Origin: Escherichia phage a20
Length of the DNA stretch: 64,000 nucleotides
Sequence record: OQ067374.1
Strand: one strand, 5' to 3'
The notes under the pieces were generated by a model. The model saw only the letters and a program-made list of their open reading frames with translations, was not told the DNA's origin and searched no databases. Shown here in pieces: positions 35,494 through 44,065 of the stretch; position 1 is the stretch's first letter, and the number at the start of each line of letters is the position of its first letter. The position numbers and the translations under genes were made by a program.

Positions 35494-36650
35494 TCTGGGT
35501 ACCTCAAAGCGTCATCAGAGTTAGTTATATCAATAATAGATATAGAATTTTCTGATAACCCATTTTTAGATAACTGACGTTTATAATATCTTTCACAATA
35601 TGTACACGTCGTCCCGCAGATTTCATTAGCACAATCGAAATCTGGATGTCTGAACCACCTTTTTTCTAAAAAGCCATCTAACAAAGAGGTTTCAATATTT
35701 ACTGTATGTGAAAACTCAGTTTCGTTTTCAAGAGTGAAAATAGTCTCTAAAGGCTTCCACAGTTCTAACAAATTACCTTCAAACTTTTCAGAAGCGTATG
35801 CTTCAAGAACTTTCAAAATGTAGTCTGTGCTACCTGTACGTCCTGAAACTTTGAATTGAGTGATACCAATATCATTATAAAGTTTCAAATCTTGAGGACG
35901 AACAAAACGAGTTCTCAACCAGTTAAATGGGTCTGTATCACGAGCTTTAATGCAGTGTTGCATTGGATATCCGTTTAAGGATTTAGCATCATCAGCTGTA
36001 ACATCAGTACTATGGAAAATATAGCAAGAGTCACGATAGCTACAATGTGTTGTATACCCTTTACCAGCATTAGAACAGAACTCATTTACAAGAACTTCAA
36101 ATATTATATTGTTCTTATTGCAAAACTCTGCTGCACGCTTCAGGAAAGAAACTGAACGGTTCTTATGAATTCCACAGCAGACCTTTTTGATATTATATTG
36201 GTCATGCAAGTATTTGATTTGAGTTACAGCATCGACATGTAGAATTGTTGAAACTTCAATCTCAATGTCTTTATTGACTTCACGAACAATTTCCATAACA
36301 ACAGGGTTAGCGATAGTAATACGCCATACGCCTATTGACCAAAGATACTGAACATAATCCTGAATAGCTTTCTTCTTCCACTCAACTAGTTCTCTTTTTG
36401 AACCAGGATTTATCGTGTTGAGTGTATAGTTAAAGCAAATACCTAATTCGTTACAACGTTTAACGTAATCTTCTAACATCTTTTTGTCAACGTCAGGAAG
36501 CCTAAAATCAGGTCTGGCTGCTACAAAAGCCATTTCTCTTGTAGAGCCGTATACTTCGTTTATCAAGCTATTAGGATAAGTTTTATTGAGCTCTACGATT
36601 TTATCAAGAAGAGCTAAATCAAAATTCGTTCCAATTTTAAAAGTATTCAT
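35490..36650 (-). CDS. Cys-rich putative Fe-S enzyme of unassigned family
   Basis: 386 aa; clusters KKVCCGIH, EFCSNAGKGYTTHCSYRDSCY and C-terminal DCANEICGTTCTYCERYY (contains a CxxxCxxC spacing). Confidence 0.5.
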   Translation of the reverse strand: MNTFKIGTNFDLALLDKIVELNKTYPNSLINEVYGSTREMAFVAARPDFRLPDVDKKMLEDYVKRCNELGICFNYTLNTINPGSKRELVEWKKKAIQDYVQYLWSIGVWRITIANPVVMEIVREVNKDIEIEVSTILHVDAVTQIKYLHDQYNIKKVCCGIHKNRSVSFLKRAAEFCNKNNIIFEVLVNEFCSNAGKGYTTHCSYRDSCYIFHSTDVTADDAKSLNGYPMQHCIKARDTDPFNWLRTRFVRPQDLKLYNDIGITQFKVSGRTGSTDYILKVLEAYASEKFEGNLLELWKPLETIFTLENETEFSHTVNIETSLLDGFLEKRWFRHPDFDCANEICGTTCTYCERYYKRQLSKNGLSENSISIIDITNSDDALRYPE

Positions 36651-36707
36651 TTTTTTTGCATCTCACGTTAATTGATGCGATGGTTTTTGCAGGTCTTACT
36701 TAAATTA

Positions 36708-37097
36708 TTATAGATTCGGTTTATATGATTTAAATGTTTCGAATTCGCCTTTATTCATAAGAGCTTTGAATTCGTCAGGACGCATAGCTTTGTCGTCGAT
36801 AATCCAATCATATACTGGTTTATGTGTTAGCAAATTATGGTACTTCAAACCAATGTTTTCCAAGTTCTGAATCAGACTTGGGAGAATGTCAATTGCTATA
36901 CGTCCAGGACCTACTGACTTCATACCGCGAGCAGTGTAAAGCGTTATGGTATGCCCTGCATCATACAGAGCATTAATAGCAGTCACCATTTCGACGTCTG
37001 GTTTGAAGTTCACGTAATCACGATTGTTATTCCACTCTGTTATACAATCATCGACGTCCACGCAAAGATGTAATGGTTTCATAGCAATATCCTTCAA
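36708..37097 (-). CDS. small HAD-superfamily phosphatase
   Basis: 129 aa; motif I LCVDVDDCIT (DxDx[T/V]), ITLYTAR, and K...IIDD; start may be the ATG 15 nt downstream. Confidence 0.6.
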   Translation of the reverse strand: MKDIAMKPLHLCVDVDDCITEWNNNRDYVNFKPDVEMVTAINALYDAGHTITLYTARGMKSVGPGRIAIDILPSLIQNLENIGLKYHNLLTHKPVYDWIIDDKAMRPDEFKALMNKGEFETFKSYKPNL

Positions 37098-37809
37098 TAG
37101 AATTTTTAATATTATCAGCTATACGCTTTCTAGGAATACCCGTTTTCTTTTCAGCTATCCTAAGAGATTCATAGTAATTTTCGTTTATTTTAACAAATTT
37201 TTGAGACTTGTGAGCATTTTTGCTTTCGTCCTGATATCGATAATTAAGATATTTAGGCGATTTTACTCTCTTTTGAATCGTGGCAGAAGATATACCCAAA
37301 TCTTTAGCCGCTTCCCGACAGGATTCATAATATTTGCCATCTACATTAATCTTTAGACCATGTAATGCAGGTTTACCATACCTCCTGTGCTTTTCTTTAC
37401 CCCTAGCTATAGATTCAGCTGACAAAGTTTTACCCCATCTTGGGTTTTTATCACCAACTAAACGTCCTTTATTTGCCTTAGAAATTTTATCCTTGGACCT
37501 TTGGGATAACCCGTCAGAACCGCCTTCGCCACCAGTTTTAAGATTGTAATAATTTGGGTCTTTAACTATGTCTAATGTTATTAGAGCCTTTTCAGCTATT
37601 TTTAATTCTTCTCTCGAGCTATGGTAGGAAATGATTTCTTTAAGAAAATTTTCCTTCCCGTATTTCCTTTCAGCCTTTTTATATAATTTACCAGAACCTT
37701 TATATAAATCTAAAGGCTCGGCTTCTTCAGCCGAGTGCATTCCTAAATAAACTTTACCGTTTATAAGATTAGTAGTTTTGTAGAGATAATGTATCAAATT
37801 CGTTCCCAT
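37048..37809 (-). CDS. GIY-YIG homing endonuclease (Seg-like)
   Basis: 253 aa; N-terminal HYLYKTTNLINGKVYLGMHS...YKGSG (GIY-YIG module), basic DNA-binding C-terminal region; overlaps both neighbours. Confidence 0.8.
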   Translation of the reverse strand: MGTNLIHYLYKTTNLINGKVYLGMHSAEEAEPLDLYKGSGKLYKKAERKYGKENFLKEIISYHSSREELKIAEKALITLDIVKDPNYYNLKTGGEGGSDGLSQRSKDKISKANKGRLVGDKNPRWGKTLSAESIARGKEKHRRYGKPALHGLKINVDGKYYESCREAAKDLGISSATIQKRVKSPKYLNYRYQDESKNAHKSQKFVKINENYYESLRIAEKKTGIPRKRIADNIKNSIEGYCYETITSLRGRR

Positions 37810-39479
37810 TGATGAGTGATATCGCCACCGATTGGACGATAGGAAACACCAGTTTCTTTATCAGTTAGTACCCATTTACCAGGATTTTTTGTAATCAGAG
37901 TAGCCGTTACAGGTTCTGCTACGTCATAACTAATAGAGCCGTCTTGAAGTACACGGCCCATATTACGTAATTGCTTAGTCAGAAGTTCCATACCTTTATA
38001 ATATGCGGCTACCGCTTTAAGTGGATTATTCTTGAAATAACCACCTAATGCAATCCAGATAATTGCCACTGCCAAATGATGATACTCGTTAAACGAACTC
38101 ATCTTTCCATATTTGTAAACTAATGGATTGATGTTAATAGTCACATTACAAGTTGTTTCATCAATAGTAAACTGTCCCCAGGTCGGATTAGCATTGAATT
38201 CATCATAACCTGAAACAGCATAAAGCACTTTAGCTTCATCATACAATTTTGGCCCGTAAATCTTGGTTTCGCCAAAATATCCACGAGGGTCGATAAACTT
38301 AACTTCGCCGTTATCAGTAATCATAGTATTACTGAAGTTCGGGTCACCATGAATAACAGAGTACTGTCCCTGAGAACGGTTATGATAACGAATAAGATGT
38401 TCTAAAGCTTGTTTCAGCATTGGCTTCAGACGTCCAATCTTAGTGTAGTTCACATGTGTGATTTTACCAAATGAATCAATCAATGGTTGAATGCTTTCAC
38501 AACGATCAATAACTTTCGTATAGAATTCTTTAGTGAAATCACGACGAACAGTTTCAGGACTTACAAAATAAGTGTCTGTGCTGAATTTCAGTGCATCTAA
38601 AATTGTATCAACAATTTGTGGACGAGCAAGACTTGATTTGGATTTAATATATTCAAATGCCGGCTTACCTTTAATGCGTTCCATTTCAAAGTTATTTTCA
38701 TTAACAGAAACTAACTGAGGGACTGAATCTGATTTCACTTTCAAATACCACGAAATCTCATCTTTCTGAAGAGCTCGGCCCTGTTCGGTTAATGCGAATT
38801 TAGTTACAGTTTCTTCACCGATTTCAACTGCATTAAAACTACGATTAAGTTCACGAACTTCATGAGCTTTTTCAAGTTTAGGCATATCACCTAAATCAAT
38901 TAGATTCATAAGCTCTGATTTATTGAATGCGCCGCTGTAAAGGAATTCTACGAAATCACGTCCTTTGCAGTATTCATGAATTTCTTCATCAGTAGAACCC
39001 ATATAGAATTCCCAGTCTTTGAACTGATAAATTCCTACAACATTACCACCTGTTGAACCTACGTTAGTGATATTTTCACCGTCGAAATTATATCGACATT
39101 CGTCGCCCTTAACATAGATTGCGTTAACATTCCAAGACCATGAACCAAAATCGGGAATAATATCACACCAGTTAACAATTACATTATGGCCGTCTAAATC
39201 TTTGTGTAATTTAGCAAGAGCATAAGCAGATCCATACGCTTCATCAACTGTACGAATAGTCACATTGAACCCTTCTTGCTCACAATAAGCTCGAACAGTT
39301 TCAGCAAATTTTGAATGAACTACTACAATAATTTCATCTGCGCCTAGGTCAGAATAAATTGTATACAAATTGCTCAGAATAGTGTCTTGTTTATAGTTAA
39401 CAAGCACCTTAGGAATATGGTGAGTAATTGGATATAAACGAGTTGCCAGTCCAGCACCAAGAATAACAGCTTTTTTCAT
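37794..39479 (-). CDS. bifunctional sugar-1-phosphate nucleotidyltransferase (N-terminal) / APH-ChoK-type kinase (C-terminal)
   Basis: 561 aa; N-term MKKAVILGAGLATRLYPIT...PKVLV (G-x-G-x-x-R-L nucleotidyltransferase signature, LicC/RmlA-like); C-term HGDPNFSNTMIT...VKFIDPRGY (Brenner HxDxxxxN and DxxG of aminoglycoside/choline kinase fold). Confidence 0.7.
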   Translation of the reverse strand: MKKAVILGAGLATRLYPITHHIPKVLVNYKQDTILSNLYTIYSDLGADEIIVVVHSKFAETVRAYCEQEGFNVTIRTVDEAYGSAYALAKLHKDLDGHNVIVNWCDIIPDFGSWSWNVNAIYVKGDECRYNFDGENITNVGSTGGNVVGIYQFKDWEFYMGSTDEEIHEYCKGRDFVEFLYSGAFNKSELMNLIDLGDMPKLEKAHEVRELNRSFNAVEIGEETVTKFALTEQGRALQKDEISWYLKVKSDSVPQLVSVNENNFEMERIKGKPAFEYIKSKSSLARPQIVDTILDALKFSTDTYFVSPETVRRDFTKEFYTKVIDRCESIQPLIDSFGKITHVNYTKIGRLKPMLKQALEHLIRYHNRSQGQYSVIHGDPNFSNTMITDNGEVKFIDPRGYFGETKIYGPKLYDEAKVLYAVSGYDEFNANPTWGQFTIDETTCNVTININPLVYKYGKMSSFNEYHHLAVAIIWIALGGYFKNNPLKAVAAYYKGMELLTKQLRNMGRVLQDGSISYDVAEPVTATLITKNPGKWVLTDKETGVSYRPIGGDITHQWERI

Positions 39480-39520
39480 GTTGTGGTCCTCATTGGTAAG
39501 TAGGAGTATTGTACACTATT

Positions 39521-39664
39521 CTAGTTAAAGCATTCATACTTTGCTTGTAGTCCAATCATAATCCATCCAATTACAAGTGTTGGAATCATTACCGGAGCCG
39601 TTAAGCTCCAGTAGATAGTCATGACAAGCATCAATAGTAAAAGTCCTATTGCTATTGCTTTCAT
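39521..39664 (-). CDS. small hydrophobic membrane peptide (47 aa) between the sugar-isomerase gene and the fused kinase gene
   Basis: Hand-translated MKAIAIGLLLLMLVMTIYWSLTAPVMIPTLVIGWIMIGLQAKYECFN; TAATG overlap with SIS gene stop; imm-like position. Confidence 0.4.
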   Translation of the reverse strand: MKAIAIGLLLLMLVMTIYWSLTAPVMIPTLVIGWIMIGLQAKYECFN

Positions 39665-40296
39665 TATTCGCCTCGTAACATGGCACCTAGTGCACCACCA
39701 GGGTGGAACTTAAGGAAATCATTAGAGGTAAATCCACGTTCAGACGAAAGGTTGATAGCAAACGTATCGATAAGCGCTAACAACAATGTAGTGGACATAG
39801 TCGGAGCCAGAGAATTCTCATCAACCTCTACTGCGATGCCTGTACAGAAAGAGTAATCAAAAAGGGCTTCATTTTCTTGTGGAATGTCTGGGTTACAATG
39901 CAACAGAATCTGTTTGACGTTCGGACGAATCATTTTAAGATGCTTAGCCACGCCTATCATTTCTTCAGTTTTACCAGAACGACTAATATGAATCAACACA
40001 TCATTAGGCGCAATGAATCCTGCATCACCGTGAGAATAATGCCCAGTGTTCAAGTACATACTCGGGATACCTAGTGAAGCAAAAGTCTCGGAAGCTTTAG
40101 TTGCGATATTAGCATTCTTACCAACACCTGTAATAATTACTCGGCTTTCATAATTACTAAGTCCCGGGCGTCGAAGAGTTTCTAGAATAGCATTATAACG
40201 AGCAGGGTTTTGACTAATTACTTTGGCCATAGCGGCCAAAGAAGAAGCTTGTTTTATGATTGCGTCAATAGCGATAGTAATAGGAGTAGTTTTCAT
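39664..40296 (-). CDS. single-domain SIS sugar-phosphate isomerase, KdsD/GutQ-type (arabinose-5-phosphate isomerase-like)
   Basis: 210 aa; VIITGVGKNANIATKASETFASLGIPSMYLN...SHGDAGFIAPNDVLIHISRSGKTEE...LAPTMSTTLLLAL...GFTSNDFLKFHPGGALG closely parallels KdsD core motifs; lacks CBS domains. Confidence 0.8.
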   Translation of the reverse strand: MKTTPITIAIDAIIKQASSLAAMAKVISQNPARYNAILETLRRPGLSNYESRVIITGVGKNANIATKASETFASLGIPSMYLNTGHYSHGDAGFIAPNDVLIHISRSGKTEEMIGVAKHLKMIRPNVKQILLHCNPDIPQENEALFDYSFCTGIAVEVDENSLAPTMSTTLLLALIDTFAINLSSERGFTSNDFLKFHPGGALGAMLRGE

Positions 40297-40336
40297 ATTT
40301 CTCTCATTTAATTAGTTTACCGTCCATGGCATTATA

Positions 40337-43048
40337 TCAAAAATCGAACATATCGAACAGAGATGCTTTCTTCTCGTAATCGAGTTTCGCTGCTGATGTG
40401 AATCCTTCAAGTGGTTTAATAAATGTCTTCTCAAGGAGAACAGTGTAGTCCATCCAATGAAGTACGTCGTCTTTAATTAAATCTGTGATTTCAGTGCCAG
40501 AAGGCCATGCGATACATTTATCACCGAATGGGTTTCCTTCACGTAAAGGCAGAACATATACTTTTTCACCTTCTACAACTTGCGGTGCATCGATATTACC
40601 TTTGATAGCCCGGTTATATGTCAGAATTCCACGAATATGGAACGGACATTTGGGACCAGGGAATCCACCTACGTCATATTTAGCAATGTTATTCGCAGAA
40701 GATACCGACGCGATGCTAATATAATTCAATTGGCGGAATTCTTTTTCAAACTCTTTAAAATATTCTTGTAATGATTCTTCACCTTCTTGAAGCATACGAC
40801 GAATACATTCTTTAAGAGCTTTCTGTACTGCTTTAGGAGTCGAAGATTTCTGTGTTTCGAGACCCATGATTTTAAGCTTAGGTTCAGCGTATCTGGTTCC
40901 TTCCATATCCCACACGTTTAATGCATAACGTTTCTTACCAGTCCAGAATCCACCAATACCTTTAGAACCGAGCGGAGGACCAGCGATAGCTTCTCGGTCC
41001 ATGAACATCAAATGTTGCTTATTATTCATGTATTCGCACATTTCACGGAAACCTCTATCAATAGCAGGTTCCATACGTTCACGAGCGAACTTATCTAAGA
41101 AGTCTACCCAATGGTTGGTATCACGGAATTTAGATTCACCAACCTTATCGATAATTTTATCAGCAGATACGTAAATAGAGTCTGTATCACCATATAGAAC
41201 GAAAGCTTCACCTTCTGTACCACAAACTTCATTCAGATATTCATTAACTTTACGTTCAATCCACTGTAAAGCCATTTGACCAAATGTTGTGATTGCAGTA
41301 GCATTACGCAAATCATAATAACGGAACCAAACGTTGCCAAGTGCACCATAAAGTGAGTTGATAAGCAATTTACGGTTAATCTGTGCAGTCATACCTGCAA
41401 CTTCAGTACGTTGAGCTCTAAACAACATTTCATTAAGAGATTTAGCAGACAACTTTTTAATCTTTTCTTTAATCTCATCACTGAAGTCGAAACGATAATC
41501 AACATCTAATGGTTCGTCAACAGAAAGATTAGGATTATGCAATGCCTCTTTAATTATTTCACCATTACGTTGAGCTGCAAGCATGTAACCTTTATGTTCT
41601 TTACGTTGATTAAAGACCTTAGTGATTTCAGTTGGAACTACACCATCACGGTCTTTATAATACATCATGCCGTTAGGAGAGCAACTGTACACATCTGAAG
41701 GACGTTCAGCGATTGCGTTAATATAATCATGCAGTGGAGCTACTTTAAACGTTCCTGCTATTGTTTCCGGGCTAATATTCACTTGGCGAATAATACTTGG
41801 ATACAGAGATGTAAGGTCGAAACTCATTACATATTTGTATCGATTTGGAATAGGTTCCTTAACAAAAGCGCCAGGATAAGGTTGAACCGGGTGAGAACGA
41901 CCTTGTGGAATCACCTTGTTCTGCTCTTTAAGGCTATTAAAAATAATAGCATCCCATGTTTTAATTGGACTGAACACAGATTGAATCTGAATTTTAGCAT
42001 AATAACCCATGTCCAAGCTCAAGTTAATGAACTGGCGTTTAGCATCAATTTGCAATACACGATATACGTCGATGATGTTATAGCTTATATATCGTTGATG
42101 ATTACTTTCGCGAAGTTTAGAAATAGGACCGTCATATTTCAGTTTACCAACGTTCAATTCAAATTCTGAAATGTAATCCAGAGAATACGACGGTTGATTG
42201 GTAAAAGAGAATTTTTTGTAAAGGTCAATGTAATCAAGAACAGAGATACCGAACAATGTAATGATTTCACGAGAACCATACATGTTTTCGATAACTTTAA
42301 CACGAGTTTTACGATGCGGTGATAAACGTTTCGCAGTAGATTCGCCAAAAATATTCTTGATTCGGTTATACACATATGGAATATCAAATGACTCAACGTT
42401 CCATCCAGTCAAAATGACAGGAGTTTTCTGTTGCCAGAAGTTGAGATATTCCATCAACAATTCTTTTTCGTTATCGAACGGCATATAAATGATTTTATCG
42501 ATAATTTCAGATGGAACTTCATCACCGCCTTGTTCTTGAAGCTTAGCAGCGATTTCAATAGACCATTCTTCTACATTACCATACGGAGAATTCAATAGAT
42601 CAAATACGTAGAACCTGTCGTCAATTGAGTCATAATGGGTGATAGCATCAATCGGATGTTTTGCTTGTGACGGCTCAGGGAACCCATCCGGAGATGTTAC
42701 TTCGATGTCGAAGTTAGCCACACGAATTTTTGTATGGTCGTATTTGATTTCATAGTTATAAGTGTCAGACAAATACGCCAATTTGAAATCGTCCATGCCA
42801 AGTGCTTCAAGTCCGATATCTTCCATGCGTTTAATCCATTGGGAGGCATCACGCATATTAGCGAACAACTTACGAGTACACGGTTTACCGTAGATATCGA
42901 AATATTTCGTAGCCTGACTTTCTGGACAATGAGCAAACAGTGATGGTTTATATTCTACTTCACGAGTACGTTCACGGCCATTAGAATCGATGTAACGTTC
43001 AAAAATTGAATCACCAATCTGTTCAACCGTTAAGTAAAATTCTTTCAT
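40337..43048 (-). CDS. 43: family-B DNA polymerase with 3'-5' exonuclease (gp43), RB69-type
   Basis: 903 aa; exo motifs FDIEV / YNIIDV, polymerase motifs DxxSLYPS, K(x3)NSxYG, YGDTDS; N-terminus MKEFYLTVEQIGDSIFERYIDSNGRERTREV. Confidence 0.97.
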   Translation of the reverse strand: MKEFYLTVEQIGDSIFERYIDSNGRERTREVEYKPSLFAHCPESQATKYFDIYGKPCTRKLFANMRDASQWIKRMEDIGLEALGMDDFKLAYLSDTYNYEIKYDHTKIRVANFDIEVTSPDGFPEPSQAKHPIDAITHYDSIDDRFYVFDLLNSPYGNVEEWSIEIAAKLQEQGGDEVPSEIIDKIIYMPFDNEKELLMEYLNFWQQKTPVILTGWNVESFDIPYVYNRIKNIFGESTAKRLSPHRKTRVKVIENMYGSREIITLFGISVLDYIDLYKKFSFTNQPSYSLDYISEFELNVGKLKYDGPISKLRESNHQRYISYNIIDVYRVLQIDAKRQFINLSLDMGYYAKIQIQSVFSPIKTWDAIIFNSLKEQNKVIPQGRSHPVQPYPGAFVKEPIPNRYKYVMSFDLTSLYPSIIRQVNISPETIAGTFKVAPLHDYINAIAERPSDVYSCSPNGMMYYKDRDGVVPTEITKVFNQRKEHKGYMLAAQRNGEIIKEALHNPNLSVDEPLDVDYRFDFSDEIKEKIKKLSAKSLNEMLFRAQRTEVAGMTAQINRKLLINSLYGALGNVWFRYYDLRNATAITTFGQMALQWIERKVNEYLNEVCGTEGEAFVLYGDTDSIYVSADKIIDKVGESKFRDTNHWVDFLDKFARERMEPAIDRGFREMCEYMNNKQHLMFMDREAIAGPPLGSKGIGGFWTGKKRYALNVWDMEGTRYAEPKLKIMGLETQKSSTPKAVQKALKECIRRMLQEGEESLQEYFKEFEKEFRQLNYISIASVSSANNIAKYDVGGFPGPKCPFHIRGILTYNRAIKGNIDAPQVVEGEKVYVLPLREGNPFGDKCIAWPSGTEITDLIKDDVLHWMDYTVLLEKTFIKPLEGFTSAAKLDYEKKASLFDMFDF

Positions 43049-43078
43049 TTAATTTCCTTTAGACGAGTTATTGTCTTT
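43049..43078 (-). promoter_or_regulatory. candidate gp43 translational operator: small hairpin with 8-nt loop AAUAACUC immediately 5' of the gene 43 SD
   Basis: mRNA sense agac-aauaacuc-gucu then aaaGGAaauuaa AUG; T4-type gp43 autogenously represses translation via such a hairpin. Confidence 0.5.
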
Positions 43079-43094
43079 TGTTTGTTGATGAACT

Positions 43095-43125
43095 TATTAT
43101 ACTCCAAATGGGACCGAAGTCCCAT
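43095..43125 (-). terminator. UUCG-loop hairpin between regA and gene 43, overlapping a TATAAT -10-like element
   Basis: atgggac-cgaa-gtcccat; adjacent plus-strand attata. Confidence 0.5.
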
Positions 43126-43129
43126 TGCT

Positions 43130-43498
43130 TTAATTACCAATTGTATATTTTGCTTTCAAAGTCCAGTCATCTTTCTGTTTAAAAGAGATAACACGAAAGT
43201 TATTAGTCAGGCCAAACAGATCTTCACGAGCAGAGTCTTCAATAACAATCAAGCCCCAGTCTTCAAGCAACTGGGCAATCGAATCACGTCGCTGATAGTC
43301 TTCACCGTCAATATCAACCTGACGTCCATCCATACGCAACATTTCTTTAAAGTGGACGATGTAATATTTACCTTGCTTTTGGAGTATATGACAGGACTGA
43401 TAAAGGACTTTATCCTTGTTATTAGCGATGCCCATACGGGTCAAAGTCTCTTTGACTTTCAGAAAATCTTCAGGGTTCTTCAATTTAATTTCGATCAT
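43130..43498 (-). CDS. regA: translational repressor RegA
   Basis: 122 aa from MIEIKLKNPEDFLKVKETLTRMGIANNKDKVLYQSCHILQKQGKYYIVHFKEMLRMDGRQV...; recognised as T4 RegA. Confidence 0.9.
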   Translation of the reverse strand: MIEIKLKNPEDFLKVKETLTRMGIANNKDKVLYQSCHILQKQGKYYIVHFKEMLRMDGRQVDIDGEDYQRRDSIAQLLEDWGLIVIEDSAREDLFGLTNNFRVISFKQKDDWTLKAKYTIGN

Positions 43499-43500
43499 TT

Positions 43501-44064
43501 TTACCATTCCAATGCTAATTTTTTAAATTGTTTTTGTTCTTTCACATTTTTTGTAACTTCTTTGAGAAACTCATCAGTGACCATGGCCTTCAGTTCTTTA
43601 AGGACTATTGGCAACTTGTTATTTTTTTCAAGGAGCCGCTTATACTCGGTAGCATCATTCATGTTGATTGTGTAATGTTTCATCAACAGTTTGATAACTA
43701 GTAACTCTGAAGTGTCTTCAACTAGTTTAGCCCATTTAGAGAATCGACGACCACGCGGAATTGCCGCCATCATATAGTTGAAGTGTGCTTCATCACTTAA
43801 TTCAGAACCGACTAAGTTCATCATGTAAACAGCTGGCATACATTCCGGGAACTGGGATAATGAGTTCTCAACCATAAATTTTGAGTAGTCGACCTGAGCA
43901 ATTGACATAGATTTCTTTTCATTAATAGCATTAATGATTTTAAAGAATTCATTCTCAGGTTTTTCTTTAAACATATCAGCACATTTTTGAATCGCATCAG
44001 CGTCATTAGACTTCCATGCAATTTGGTGCTCGTTAAGCCGGACGTCATCATCGAATAAGTTCAT
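43501..44064 (-). CDS. 62: clamp-loader small subunit (gp62)
   Basis: 187 aa, same length as T4 gp62; synteny between regA and 44. Confidence 0.8.
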   Translation of the reverse strand: MNLFDDDVRLNEHQIAWKSNDADAIQKCADMFKEKPENEFFKIINAINEKKSMSIAQVDYSKFMVENSLSQFPECMPAVYMMNLVGSELSDEAHFNYMMAAIPRGRRFSKWAKLVEDTSELLVIKLLMKHYTINMNDATEYKRLLEKNNKLPIVLKELKAMVTDEFLKEVTKNVKEQKQFKKLALEW

Positions 44065-44065
44065 A

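Noticed and set aside
40485-42943. Several 60-146 aa ORFs on both strands within the DNA polymerase gene
   Set aside because: All nested in or antisense to the 903-aa gp43 ORF, which has complete polymerase and exonuclease motifs
43081-43675. 197-aa plus-strand ORF
   Set aside because: Antisense to regA and gene 62; both sense genes are well supported
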